From Azolla caroliniana (taxonomy: Eukaryota; Plantae; Polypodiophyta), in contig JBHGNT010000008.1 of NCBI GenBank assembly GCA_043228905.1, positions 3,658,001 to 3,722,000 of the forward strand: DNA of 64,000 nucleotides, written 5' to 3'. The notes below the pieces were generated by a model. That model saw nothing but the letters and a program-made list of their open reading frames with translations, made no database searches and had not been told where the DNA came from. The stretch's first letter is position 1; each line of letters begins with the position of its first letter. The position numbers and the translations under genes are program-made. Positions 48,832-63,332 of this stretch are shown piece after piece.

Positions 48832-51800
48832 TGTTAGAAATTGACGCTTTCCAAACCTTCTCCTCTCGGCCACAAGCGAGGAAACACGAATCAATGCAGC
48901 AGTAAATCGAAAACACAGAGAGAGACTCGAATGCACAGGGTTTAGCGTGGAAAACCCTAGACGGGAAAAACCACGGGAGTGCAAGACTCCAACTATCACT
49001 ATACGCAGGGAATGTACAATGGCGAGCTGCAAGGCGACGACCTTGAGCTCGCTGTCCTCGCCACAGGCGGCAGTATTACACAGAGGTGTCGACCTCTTCC
49101 TTTCTCTCTCTCTCTCTCTCTCTCTCGGCTGCTCTCACTTCGCTCCCTCTAAGTGGAAAACAGAAAAATGAGCAACAACTACAAAACTGTTTGCCCTAAG
49201 TCATATTTATACACATATGACTTTCGGGCTATTTACAAATATAGCCTCGAGGGCCCTTGGCAAACATATTCACAAATATGTCCCCGCATCCGGATCTCTC
49301 TCCGGGTACATTCGTCATCCGGCTCCGTAGCCGGGGTCTTCATCATCCGGATCCGAAACCGGGTCTTCATCATCCGGTTCCGATACCGGGTACTCCTCAT
49401 TCGGGTCTTCATTCCCGATTCCCAGACATCTGACCATCCCATCCGGAGGGACCGTAATCCCAACAAACTCCCCCTTCACTTCGGCATGGGATGTCTTTCC
49501 AGTCCGACCCTCTTCCGGCACGCTTCCAGCTTGTCGGGTGTGAGCACTTTGGTCAGCATATCTGACCCGTTCTCGTCCGTGTGGATCTTCGTCAGCACGA
49601 ACTCCTGGTCTTCTATCCTTTCCCGGATCCAGTGATATCTTCGCTGGATGTGCTTCGTCCGGGACTGATAAGCCGCGTTCTTCGCAAGGTGGATGGCACT
49701 CTGACTGTCGCAGTAGAGTCGGTACTCCTCCTGCCGGATACCGAACTCTCTAATGAAGTCCTTCATCCATATTATTTCCTTGCCGGCTTCAACAGCCGCC
49801 ATGTACTCCGCCTCCGTAGTTGACAACGCAACCGTCTTCTGCAGCCTCGACTGCCACGAAACAGCTCCCCCTGCATACGTCATCACATACCCTGATGTGG
49901 ACCGGCTGGTATCTGCATCAGCCGACATATCCGAATCGGTAAAGCCGTCGAGTTCGGGTTTACCGGAGCCGAATCGGAGGCACACGTTTGCCGTGCCCTT
50001 CAGGTATCGGAGTATCCACTTGGTCGCGTTCCAGTGCTCTTTGCCGGGATTGCTCATGTACCGGCTCACCACTCCGACTGCATATCCTATGTCCGGTCTT
50101 GTACACACCATTGCGTACACCAAGCTTCCGACGGCAGAGGCATATGGTACTTTCATCATGTCCTCCTTCTCAGCCTTTGTCTTGGGGCTTTGCTTGCTGG
50201 ACAACTTGCAGTTTGCCGGGAGGGTTGACCCGACCGGTCTTGCTTCCGACATGTTGAACCGGTGAAGCACCTTTGTCACGTACTTCTCCTGTGACAGCCA
50301 CAACTGCTTCTTCTTCCGGTCTCGGATGATGTGCATCCCTAGTATTTGCCTCCGGACCCAGGTCCTTCATTGAGAAGGTTCGGTGAAGCGCTTTCTTCAG
50401 CATCCGTATCTTGACCTGGTCCCGTCCGACGATCAACATGTCGTCCACGTACAGGAGGAGTATTAGAAAGTCTCCTCCTTCGAACTTCTTCACAAACACG
50501 CAGTGATCGGACTGCGTTTTGTGGTACCCTTCGTCGGTCATGAAAGAGTCGAACTTCCGGTACCATTGCCGGGGAGCCTGCTTCAGTCCGTAAAGGCTCT
50601 TCTTCAACCGGCATACCAGGTGCTCCTTCCCTTTCTTCTCGAATCCTTCCGGTTGCTGCATGTAGATCTCTTCTTCGAGGTCGCCGTGAAGGAATGTCGT
50701 CTTCACGTCCACCTGTTCTACCTCGAGGTCCATGCTTGCCGCTATGCTCAGCACCGTCCGGATGGAGGTCATCTTCACTATCGGGGCAAATATCTCGTCG
50801 AAGTCGATGCCCTTCTTCTGCTGGAACCCCTTCACCACGATCCTGGCTTTGTATCTCGGGGGGTTTCCGGCATCTCCCGGTTTCAGCTTGAACACCCACT
50901 TGTTTCGAAGTGCCCGCTTTCCTTTCGGCAACTCCACAAGTTCATATGTGTGGTTCTCATGCAGGGAATCCATCTCCTCATGCATGGCACTTAACCACCT
51001 GCGGCTATGGGTGTCAAGCTTTGCTTCTTCAAAACTCTCCGGCTCCCCCTCGTCGGTTAGCAGCACGTGCTCTGGTTCCGGAAATCTCCGGGGGGCCCTT
51101 ATCTCTCTTAGAGGATATCTCCGTTCCGGAGCTTCGGTAACCGGCTCCTCCGTTTCCTCTTCATCCGAATCCATTTCGGGATCGGGGCCGGTTCCGGTAT
51201 CAGTTTCATCTTCCTCGGCCGGTTCTGTTTCTTCACCATCTTCGGCCGGATCCTCGAGTGCTAACCGGTCCCTTGCCGGTCAGGACTGCTCCTCGTAGAG
51301 TTGATCCTCACCGGTCGACTTGGAGCTCTTCATCTTCTTCTCCGACTCCCAGTCGGCGAGTGTCTTGTCCTCCATGAAGATGATATCACGACTCCGGAAT
51401 ATCTTTTTGTCGACCGGGTCCCATACTCGGTAGCCGAACTCGTCATCGCCGTAACCGAGGAATATGCATGGCCGGGTCTTTGGATCTAGCTTTCCTCTCC
51501 GGTCCTTTGCCACATGCACATATGCGAGACACCCGAACACCTTCAGATGCCGGTAGGATACTTCCCTACCGGTCCACACTCTCTGCGGCGTGTCTCCGTC
51601 CAAAGGTACTGAGGGTGATCTGTTTATCACGTATGTCGCCATCGACATTGCCTCAGCCCAAAACCCCTTGGGTAATTTCGCATGCGCCAGCATGCTCCGG
51701 ACCCTCTCCATTATGGTCTGGTTCATCCTCTCGGCCAGCCCGTTCAGTTTCGGTGTCTTCGGCACAGTAAACTCGAGCCGGATTCCCTTCGAGCGACAGT

Positions 51801-54212
51801 ACTCCTCGAACTGCCCCCGGTATTCCCCTCCGTTATCCGCTCGTATCGCTTTCAGCTTCTTGCCGGATTCCCTTTCCACTCTCGCGTGGAGTTCTCTGAA
51901 GACGCACAACACTTGGTCCTTTGTCTTCAACGGTGCCGTCCACAGCTTCCGGCTGTGGTCATCAATGAATGTCACGAAGTACTGGGCTCCGCCATGTGAC
52001 CTCGTTTCTACTTGACACACGTCAGTGTGCACCAACTCCAATGGTGCGCTACGTCTCGTCGGTGGCCTTGAGTGGAAGGAGGTTCGGTTCTGCTTACCGG
52101 CCAGGCAATCGGTGCACTTCTCCAGGTGCACATGCTTCACTGGAATAAGGTTGTCTTCTACAAGCCTCTTCATCCCCTTCTCACTCATGTGGCACAGTCT
52201 CTTGTGCCACAGCTCACCGGCAGTGTCGGCTGCCACGTTCAACTCCTCCGGACACAACCAGGCATTCATAAGGTACAGTGTGTTGACTTTCCGGGCCCGA
52301 GCCACTATCAGGCTCCCCTTGCTGAACTTCATTACGCAGTTCTGGATGCTACCTGTGTAGCCTTCATCATCTAGCCTCCCGGCCGAAATCAGGTTCAATC
52401 GAACCTCCGGAACGTGTCGGACATCCTTCAGCAACATTTTGCATCCGGTCGAGGTTGTCAACCATACGTCTCCTATGCCGGCAATCCGGCACGTACCTTC
52501 ATTTCCCATCCGAACACAGCCATGCTCACCGGCTGTGTAGGATGAGAAGTATCTTCTTTCCGGGGTCAGGTGGAACGACGCTCCGGAATCGACCACCCAG
52601 GTAGTCTCATCGCCGGCAATGTTTAGTTCACCTTCTTCGGTGATGAGCATGATCTCCTCTTCACTTGCCGCGAGTGCCGTCGTTCCTTTCCGGTCCTGCC
52701 CTCGCCGATCCGAACCATTCCGGTCCGTGCCTCCCCGGTAAGCACCGTTCCGTTCCGAAGACTTCTTCGAATCGGTGTCGCCGGCTCCGTTGTCTTTTCG
52801 GTAATGCCGACAATTCTTTCGGAAGTGCCCCGGCTTCCCACAGTGGAAGCATGTGGGCCTTCCTCTTGACTGCGACCGGGTCCCCGACTTCTCCCGTCTT
52901 TGCGGACTCCGGTTCCGTCGTCTTCCCCGATCCGATTCGGTAAGCAGCATCTTAGGATCGGAGGCCGGTTCTTTATCTCTCCGACGCGCTTCTTCGTTCA
53001 AAATGCTTGTCTTTACCGTTTGTAGGGACAAGTTATCTTCGGTGCAGGAGGTGCTGAGAGTCACCACCAAGTTCTCCCAGCTTTCCGGCAATGTACACAT
53101 CAGCATGATGGCTTGCATTGCATCCTCCAACGGGAACTTGATCGCCGCAAGCTGGTTCACGAAACCCATGAACGTGCTTACGTGTTCCACCATACTCTCG
53201 CCGTCCCGGTACTTGAGGTTCACTATCTTCCTCATCAGGGAGGTCCGGTTCAACGCATTCTTCCTCTCGTAGAGGCCCGACAGCTTCTGCCACATCTCAT
53301 ATGCGTTGGTGTCGTTCGCCACATGTTGTAGAACGCTCACGTCGACGTATTGCCGAATGGTTGCAACGGCTTTCCGGTTCAGAAGCCTCCATTCCGTCTC
53401 AAGTACCCCCTTGGGTATTTCCGACCTGTCGATCGGTTCATACAGGTCCCGAACAATGAGCAGATCCTCCATCTTTATCTTCCAGTCGGCGTAGTTCTGC
53501 GCATTCAGCACCATCATCCCCGGCTGCCCGCTGCTGCCGCCTTCCATTTTCTGCACTGCAGTCGCTCTGATACCAGATTGTTAGAAATTGACGCTTTCCA
53601 AACCTTCTCCTCTCGGCCACAAGCGAGGAAACACGAATCAATGCAGCAGTAAATCGAAAACACAGAGAGAGACTCGAATGCACAGGGTTTAGCGTGGAAA
53701 ACCCTAGACGGGAAAAACCACAGGAGTGCAAGACTCCAACTATCACTATACGCAAGGAATGTACAATGGCGAGCTGCAAGGCGACGACCTTGAGCTCGTT
53801 GTCCTCGCCACAGGCGGCGGTATTACACAGAGGCGTCGACCTCTTCCTTTCTCTCTCTCTCTCTCTCTCTCTCGGCTGCTCTCACTTCGCTCCCTCTAAG
53901 TGGAAAACAGAAAAATGAGCAACAACTACAAAACTGTTTGCCCTAAGTCATATTTATACACATATGACTTTCGGGCTATTTACAAATATAGCCTCGAGGG
54001 CCCTTGGCAAACATATTCACAAATATGTCCCCGCATCCGGATCTCTCTCCGGGTACATTCGTCATCCGGCTCCGTAGCCGGGGTCTTCATCATCCGGATC
54101 CGAAACCGGGTCTTCATCATCCGGTTCCGATACCGGGTACTCCTCATTCGGGTCTTCATTCCCGATTCCCGGACATCTGACCATCCCATCCGGAGGGACC
54201 GTAATCCCAACA
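48832..54212 (-). mobile_element. Full-length Ty1/Copia element (Copia-2, Tnt1/Tork-like) with two disabling lesions
   Basis: 634-bp LTRs at 53579-54212 and 48832-49465, TSD GATAT, primer site TGGTATCAGAGCG (53563-53575, minus), polypurine tract 49466-49480. The gag-PR-INT-RT-RH frame is broken by a stop at 51280 and a frameshift near 50350. About 6 LTR differences noticed. Confidence 0.95.
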
Positions 54213-54812
54213 GATATTACTATCGGTCCAGCGACCCCCTCTCAACCTACTGGGTCACCAGATGATGACCTTGTTTGGCGAGCACTCACAAGTTGCCAAA
54301 TCTCCATGCCCTTGCATAAGCTTTGGCATTTACTCCCACAATTCAAGGACACGACAACATCTCTCACCACCGGCAAAGAACCACCCACCTTGCCTATACA
54401 CCTTGCTGAGCTAGGCACCGGTCCACCACTGATGGACTCTTAGAACCCCGTAGTTAAGCTCATAATCAAAGGCCGCGACGTTCACGGTTGCATTATTGAT
54501 GGGGTTCGGGTGTTAATGTCATCAGTGAGGCTACATGTCATGACCTCGGCATCACCCAATGGGAGCCATGTCCGTTTTGGTTTCGAATGGAGGATACCCA
54601 TTCAGTTCGACTAATGGGGTTAATCTACCACCTGGACTTTATCCTCTCGGCGGTGGTATTACACCTCAATGCTCCCGGTGCGTATCGAATGTTGCTCGGT
54701 CGTCCATGGCTATGCACTGCCAACATTAAGCAGCACTGGCAACGGAATATGATCTACTTTCGGCATGGAAAAACCAAGGTCCGTGTCATCACGGAGGAAT
54801 GGATCACGACGT

Positions 54813-55543
54813 TGTCGCGTTATTCCGCGAGTACGTATAGGATCCGAGGCAGGACCGCGGGGGTCTTGGACTAGGGAGTAGAGGAGAAAGAATAAGATAT
54901 AATATAGAAGCTTAGCTCAAGAGGAGAAGAGGAAAGAATAAGACCATGACATAGAAGGAGAGATTGGCGAAGGCAAGATACTCAACAAGTTATATTAAAA
55001 CAAACGAATGATTACAACAATGGTGGCCGCATGGGCCACACCAAACAACTAAGAGAAAACCCTAACCGAGGATGAATAAGGAAACCCTAAACGAAACCCT
55101 AATCCTAAAACGATAAGAACTCTAGACTAAGTGGTATACCTCTCATACGCAAAATAGGCAACCCCCTCAAAAGGGACCCCACACTCCCTTTTATAGTGGT
55201 AAGGGGTGAGGCACAATACAATAAGAGTGGTCAATTCCCCTTTCATTCAAAGGAGAATATTTGCCCCGATCTCGAGATTGATGGGCCTTAACTCTCTCTC
55301 CTCTAGCCGTCCTACTCAATGCCCATCACTCTTACATTCATTTTGTATGTACCTCCCTCTAGTCCACAAAGTGCACATCGCATTTACACTTAACAACTTT
55401 GTAGAGCACCTTAACTCCTTACACTTTACATTTGCTTATTTGTCCCTATGTTACAATTTCCCTAAGTTCATGTGCAATGTTGCACATCTCCGTTTTATCT
55501 ATCCCGCTCGGTTTTCTCACCATGGACGAAAAACATCACCACA
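54813..55543 (-). mobile_element. Solo LTR inserted in the old Gypsy pol
   Basis: TG..CA termini and 4-bp flanks ACGT/ACGC. Removing it restores the host frame (..ITT-PPD..). TATA-like CTATAAAA on the minus strand near 55190. Confidence 0.65.
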
Positions 55544-56580
55544 ACGCCTCCCGACACTAGCCTGTTATATGTTGAAGGAGTCCACATGCTCGACGGACTC
55601 GCTGATGAAGAAGTGGACCATTTCTTAGAGGAACATCCCACGATTATTCCTTTGTTTGAAATCGATGTTCTCGCGGCCATCGAACCATACGTATCCAAGC
55701 CAACCACTTTTGAGAACGAGGTACCGCATGAACCTGACCCGAAGTCCATTGAGGAATTACGACATGCCCGCGACGAGCTTGATCAGGAATTGGCTATTTC
55801 TCAAAGGGTGAAGGCGTCCACACCAGAAGAAATTAATCTCGGTTCCCCCACCGAGCCATGCACCCTTAAAATCGAAAAGGAACTCGCTTCCGAAGAAAGA
55901 GAAGCCTTGGTTGGGCTGCTGATAGACTACCAAGATGTGTTTACCTAGTCATACAACGACATGAAGGGGCTAGATCCCCAATACTATCAACACCGAATCT
56001 ATCTTCAGCATGATGCATGACCAATGCAACAACGCCACAATCAGATGAATCCCAATTACGCGACTAAAGTAAAGGAGGAAATCGACAAACTCCTCTTAGT
56101 AAGGTTCATTCGACCAGTAAAATGGGCAACATGACTAAGCCCTATCGTCATCGTTCCGAAAAAAAATGGTCAAATCCGAGTCTGTGTTGATTACCGCAAG
56201 CTGAATGCAGCAACTGTTATGGATGCCTTTAATCTTCCATTCACAAATGACATTCTCGATGTGGTGCCTGGCCATGAATGCTATAGTTTTTTAGATGGGT
56301 TCAACGGGTATAATCAGATCCGAATGCACCCTGAAGACCAAGAAAAAACAAGATTCGTAACCGAATGGGGCGTGTTTGTGGTGGTGGTAATGATGTTCGG
56401 ACTAAAAACGGCACCGGCCACCTTCCAAAGAATAATCGCTGAAATTTTCAATGATTACATTCCCGCCTTTATGCAAGTCTTCCTCGACAATTTTGCCATG
56501 TATGGCTGGCAGATAGAGCACCTTAGCCACTTACGCTTTTGTCTAGAACGATGCTGGCAAGCCAGGCTAAGTCTAAATAG

Positions 56581-56679
56581 TGAGAAGGGCAGTTTCCCTA
56601 AGTTAGTCAGTATAAAGTTGACTTTGTAACCTAGTTATAAAGGGTTTCTTTAAGTTACAATAAACTCTTGACATTGTGC

Positions 56680-56741
<62 letters not shown>

Positions 56742-57597
56742 CGTAATAGTTGTATTTCTATCTACGTTGCTATTAATCTACCTTGCTTGCACACGCTTAT
56801 GATATTCTTCCAAAGGAGTACTATTTTTGTTCTACATTAGATGACGGTGTTCCCAACATGATGGACGCTAATTTCATGACAACACACTTACCATGCTTCG
56901 CCAACGGCATACCTCTAAAAGCAGTAATCGACACCGGAACCTCACTAACCCTCTTCTCCTTCGAAACATGGGAACATCTAGGGTTCCCAAATCTCGAACT
57001 GTGCCACAACAACTTCCTTGGCTTCAATGGCTCCACATCAAGCTACCTCGGAACCTTCTAGTGTGCAATCAAGACACAATATAGCACCCATTCAATTTGA
57101 GTTCAGGTCCTTCCAACAAAAGTGTTGTATACACCTTGCCTTCTCGGTTTGGATTGGTGTCACATGAGTGCTTGTCTACTATCACCAAGCAAGAACACCA
57201 TCTCCTTCCAAACTGTGAATGGTGTGAAGTCAGAAAAACTCGTCACAACAACAACACAACCACCTCCAGCCAATCTCGATAAACCCCAAACCATGACAAC
57301 GTCCAAACAATACGAACTCCCACAACCACCAATCATACAAGATCAAAGTAATGCCTACATCAGAGGAAGGAAAGGCACGCCACATAACTGGGTGAACATC
57401 CACGCGACTTTCGCCGAAGGACCACGCCGAGGGGAATGTGTCGTCTGGTGAGTCCGAAAAGAGCTCACAAATGCCCAAGGTTGGCACAAAGGTGCGACCC
57501 CATTCTGGGTCCCTAAACGAAGTCGGCTCCCCACCCACGACCACACCACGATTGCATGAAACACTCAACAACTCCTCACATCAACCAAACACCCCGC
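56581..57597 (+). mobile_element. Retroelement fragment: LTR-like (TC)n segment followed by a decayed aspartic protease frame
   Basis: LKAVIDTGTSLTL (DTG) and CLLGLDW flap motifs in the same frame, separated by a stop. Confidence 0.55.
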
Positions 57598-60500
57598 TGT
57601 TGGGATTTCAGTCCCTCCGGATGGGATCCGGTTGAGAATCGGAGGGGCCGGATTGGACGAACCGTGTTGAGAATCAAGCTCAACTTGGTCTAGTGTGTGA
57701 ACTCACCTTGAGAGTGAATAGACACTCCAACGGTCAAGAGTCACCATTGTGTCACCACTTTGTATTCTAGCATTTAGTATAATTCATAGAATCATATTCT
57801 ATGACACATAACTTATGAGCTTTCACATTCCCCATGCTCCATTAGTCTTGTAGTTAATGAAGAGAGAGGGTGACTACATAAAACACCCTCCTCCCACCTT
57901 GTAAAATATTGAGTCTTTCTCCTTTGTCAATATACTTTTACCTTGTGTATTCTCTATGTTTCACTCTCTCTCTCTCTGTCTTACACACACACACATAACT
58001 CACATCTCTTCCGCTTCACAAGAATCCATCTCTTGATTTTTTACATGGTATTAGAGCGATTTGGTAGCTCGATCTAGCCCATTCGCCTCATCGTGATCGT
58101 GTGTTGTGTTCTACGCCAACGACCAAGAACCGGCTCATAGCTATCGTAGCTTCGCTACATAGCTCGCATTCAAAGAGAGAAGAAGAAGAAGAAGAATCGA
58201 CATAATGAATACTCAAATGGGGAGCGCTCTCCCTACCGAGAATTTGGATCGAAACAACTTCGCATCTTGGGAGTACAAGATGCACCAATACCTTGTCGGA
58301 CAAGGCTATTGGAGCTACATCAAAGGAGCGCATGAAGACCGACCCGCCAAAGCGACTCTCGGATACGCGACATGGGAGCAAGCCGCAAGCTGCATGATGT
58401 ATTGTTTGGCGACATGTGTTCACGACCACATGCTCGGTTACATTTGAGAAGCCAAGACGCCGAAGGAAGTGTGGGAAAATCTACGAAAGATTTTCACCGC
58501 CAACACGACCGCGAGGAAGCTTCAACTCCGCCAAGAGTTGAACAACATTCAACAAAGGGACATGTCCATCACGACATACACCTTGAAGATCAACGAGCTT
58601 TGCGACTCGCTCGGCTCAATAAGCGTAAGTATAGATGATAATGAGATGGTGCAAATATGCCTCGGCGGCCTCACACCACGGTTTGGCACGATGCGAACCG
58701 TCGTTCTAACACGGGAGAAATATCCCTCCTTCTTCGAGCTCCAATCAATGCTATTGGTCGAAGAAAACCACGTGCATACAAGGAGTAATGAGTCGGAAGG
58801 CCACATGCTCTACATGCACTCTAGTGGAGGAAGAGAACGCGGACGAGCGAGAGGCCGATTCGGCCAAGGACAAGGCGGACGAGCGAGAGTGCCGAAAGAA
58901 GATGCGTGAATCAGCTTCCACAAGCCGACAACTCACGAATTACGCACACAACTCCGACTACGAAGATCGTGGCGGAATGTATGCACACAACTCCGACCGT
59001 GGCGAAATGTACGGGCACAACTCCGACTACGAAGATCGTGGCAGAATGTATGCACACAACTCCGACAGTGGCGAAATGTACGGGCACAACTCCGACTACG
59101 AAGATCATGGCGGAATGTATGTGCACAACTCCGACCGTGGCGGAATGTTCATGATGAAACATAGAGCAAACTCTATGTCGGCCGCTACCTCAACTAGTGC
59201 CTCCGGTCCGGAAGACATATGGTTCGTCGATTCCGGTGCCTCGAACCATATGACATCACATCAAGAATGGTTCTGAGAACTTCAAGAATGGTAAGAAAAA
59301 TTAAATTAAAAATGTCTTGCATGTACCGACCATTACGAAGAATTTGGTCTCCGTCGTCCAAATTGTAGAGCAAGGGATGCAAGTTCGATTTAATCAAGGC
59401 GGTTGCTTCATCGAAAAAGAGGGCCGACTCATCGCACGCGGATGAAGAGAGGGCCAGATGTTCATTCTCGATTCACGCGAGATGAAATCCGCCATGTTTG
59501 CGAAAAACACGAAAGCCAACTCCGACGTAGACCTATGGCACAAGCGAATCAGCCACATCAATCTCAACAAACTCAAAGCAATGAAATCGAAAGCAGTCGT
59601 CATCGGACTCCCGACATTCAAAGAGAAGGATATTGAAGATGTATGCGAAGCGTGCCAATTCGGCAAGCAACACCGACACCCATTCCCGAAAGAGAGGAAC
59701 GTGAGCAAAGGTCTACTCGACGTAGTCCATTCCGACGTATGGGAACCGGCGCAGATGGCTACATTCGGCGGATGTTGATATTACGTGCTCTTCATCTATG
59801 ACTTCTCTAGGCACACTTGGATCTACCCGATGTGGCAAAAGAGCGAAGTGTTCGGACACTTCCAAAATTTCAAAAACGAAGTCGGAAAAGCCACCGGTCG
59901 TCATGTACGATGCCTTCGATCCGATGGCGGCAAGGAGTACTTCTCGGATGATTTCACGACGTATCTCCGAAAAGAAGGAATTCAGTGAGAATTCACTTGC
60001 TAACACACTCTGCAACAAAACGGAGTAGCCGAGCGCAAAAATCGGCACATCCTCGAAGTAGCGCAGGCCATGATGAACGAGAAGCAAATCCCCAAGTCAT
60101 ATTGGGCCGAAGCTGCAAATACGGCCGTCTACCTAATGAATCGGTGCACAACATCTGGCGTGCACGAGGTCACTCCGCACGAAAAATACTTCAGAAAAAA
60201 GCCGGACTTATCGCACATCCACATATTCGGCGCGATAGCGTACGTGCACATCCCCAATGAGAAGTGTCAAAAGCTTGACCCAAAGTCGGAGAAATGTATC
60301 CTCGTAGGATACTCATTGGATCAAAAGGGGTACATGTGCTACAACCCCTCAACTCAAAAATCTCGAGTAAGTCGAGACGTCATTTTTGACGAGTCCGCAT
60401 CCTGGTACGCACCAGAGACAACTCCGACTCCGACTCCGCTCGACCCGGAATTCGCCGAACAAGAGATCAAGGATGAAGATCGCCTTATGCGCATATTCGA

Positions 60501-62953
60501 AGAAAGTCTGATCATGACCCATTGAGCGAACCACAAGAGCCTTTGAGCGATCAAAGCACATCACGGCCTAGCCCGAAGATGGACAAAGGCAAGGCGAAAA
60601 TGTCGGAATACGAAGACGATCGCTTCAACGACGATGCGTCGACTCACTCACTCGACAGTGAGTTCGGTAATTTCGAGGTACCAATCGGAGCTAAGAAAGC
60701 CCTCATCTCTGCAAATGAAAAGCTCCGCCGATCCACCCGTGAAAAGAACCCCGTAAACCGATTCGACTATAACGATTATATGGCGTACCATTACGCCTTT
60801 ATGATGAAGGTAGCGACAGTACGGGAGCCGGAAACCTTTTCGGAAGCCGCGAAGGACCCACAATGGATCGAATCAATGAACGAGGAGATGCAGGCACTAC
60901 GGAAGAACGACACGTGGGGATCTCGTTCCCACCTCACCACACAAAAAGGCGATCGGATGCAGATGGATCTACAAGGTGAAGTATAACGTTGATGGCTCCG
61001 TAAACCGCTACAAAGCTCGACTCGTAGAGAAAGGATACGCTCAGACGCATGGCGTCGACTACGAAGAGACCTTTGCCCCGGTAGCAAAGATAACGATGGT
61101 GCGGACCGTAATTGTGATTATCGTGGCGAAAGGGTGGCACCTCCATCAAATGGACATCAAGAACGCCCTTCTACAAGGCGAATTAGAAGAGGAGGTGTAC
61201 ATGATCCAACCACCCGGCTTCAACTCGAGCACCCATCTGAAATCTGTATGCCAACTCAAGAAGCCACTCTACGGCCTCAAGCAAGCACCGCGTGCTTGGC
61301 ATTCGAAGATAACGCAATATCTTCATCAAATCGGCTTCCGTATGTCAAAATCGGACAACTCCCTCTACATACAAAGCGATTCCACAAGTCCGATTGTCAT
61401 CATCTTATATGTGGATGACCTAGTCATTGGAGGTGAGCATCTCGTCGAAATCACTAAGGTCAAATCCCTCCTTTCCAACAAGTTTGAGATGACGGACATG
61501 AAGGAACTCCACTACTTCCTCGGCATTGAGGTAATTCGGACTCCGGCCAGAATCATGATCTCTCAACGGCACTACATCCTCAACTTGTTATAAAAGTTCG
61601 GGATGGCTGAGTGCAAATCCGTGGCAACCCCGCTCGATCGTAATCTCAAACTAGATGCGAACTCCGGCACCAAAGCGTGTGAGCCGACTCAATATCGGCA
61701 ATTCATCGGGAGTCTCATCTACCTCACGATCACTCGACCCGATCTCAGTTATCCAATCGGTCTCCATAGCCAATTAATGCAAACACCGCATGATACTCAC
61801 TTGGATTGCGCTAAGCGAGTTCTACGCTACGTGCGTGGCACAATGGATTGTGGCATCCTCTACAAGACCACAATGCCAATACGACTCGAAGGGTACACAG
61901 ACGCCGATTGGGCCGGCTACAAAGCTGATAAAAGATCAACATCCGGATTTGTTTTCTCCCTCAGCAGCAGAGCAATATCCTGGAGTAGCAAGAAGCAGCC
62001 TACCATCGCTCTTTCAAGTACGGAGGCGGAATACAGGGGCGCTGCCGTAGCTGTGTGTGAAGCCGTATGGCTCAAGAGGATACTCAAGGATCTGGGCATA
62101 CCCATCAAGGATCCGACTCCCCTTTACTGCAACAACATGAGCAGTATCTATGTGGCTCGGAACCCGGTGTTCCACGCGCAGACAAAGCACATCAAAGTGC
62201 ACTATCACTTCATCCGAGAGCGCGTTCTAGCTGGCGATGTCGACCTACAACACATTAGCACCAATCTTCAAACGACCGACATCTTCACTAAAGCCTTAGG
62301 AGCCGACAAGCTATGGCAATTCATGACCGATCTCGGATTAACGATCCCTGACCTGCCAAGCTTGAGGGGGAGTACTGAAGACATTACGCAATAACGTGTG
62401 TGTATTCCGCAAACCGCGCACACTACGCAATAACGCGTGGATTTCGCAACCACGCAATGAAGCTGCGAAGAGCCGATCAACCGCGCAAAGCCGCGAAGAA
62501 ATACGCAAGCCGAAGCACAGACTACGCAACTACGCACAACGCAAGCTGGAGCACGGATTCTGCAACTCCGCATAAAGCGAGTCGATGCGGATTCCGGAAC
62601 ACGAGTTGAAGCGGATTTCGGATACCATCTAAAACCAACCCGACTTGAGCTTGAGGGGGCGTGTTGAGAATCAAGCTCAACTTGGTCTAGTGTGTGAACT
62701 CACCTTGAGAGTGAATAGACACTCCAACGGTCAAGAGTCACCATTATGTCACCACTTTGTATTCTAGCATTTAGTATGAGTTATAGAATCATATTCTATG
62801 ACACATAACTTATGAGCTTTCACATTCCCCATACTCCATGAGTCTTGTAGTTAATGAAGAGAGAGGGTGACTACATAAAGCACCCTCCTCCCGCCTTGTA
62901 AAATGTTTAGTCTGTCTCCTTTGTCAATATACTTTTACTTTGCGTATTCTCTG

Positions 62954-63010
<57 letters not shown>

Positions 63011-63297
63011 CACACACACATAACTCACATCTCTTCTGCTTCACAAGAATCCATCTCTTGATTTTTTACAAACCGAATGAAGGAACCGGATTCGGATATG
63101 AAGAGGACCCGGATGAAATCCGGATGAGATCCGGAAACCGGATTGGATGGACCTGGTGAGAATCGGAAGATGGGACATATTTGTAAATATGTCAGAGTGA
63201 GCCCTCTGAGGCTAAATTTGTAAATAGCCTAAAAGACATATAGGTATAAATATGACTTAGGGCAATCACAGTAGTTGTTGTTGTATCATCGTTGTTC

Positions 63298-63332
<35 letters not shown>

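Larger units (their letters stand above)
46952..56580 (+). mobile_element. Old, decayed Ty3/Gypsy element (non-chromovirus-like) hosting Copia-2 and a solo LTR
   Basis: Primer-site-like TGGCACGCCC at 47168, broken gag with zinc knuckle CTTCTKSGHSAVDC, protease remnant (MLLGRPWL) and Gypsy RT (SFLDGFNGYNQIRMHPEDQEKT..MFGLKTAPATFQR..VFLDNF). Boundaries are approximate. Confidence 0.72.

Noticed and set aside
49581-53652. Numerous plus-strand ORFs
   Set aside because: Antisense shadows of the GC-rich Copia-2 polyprotein.
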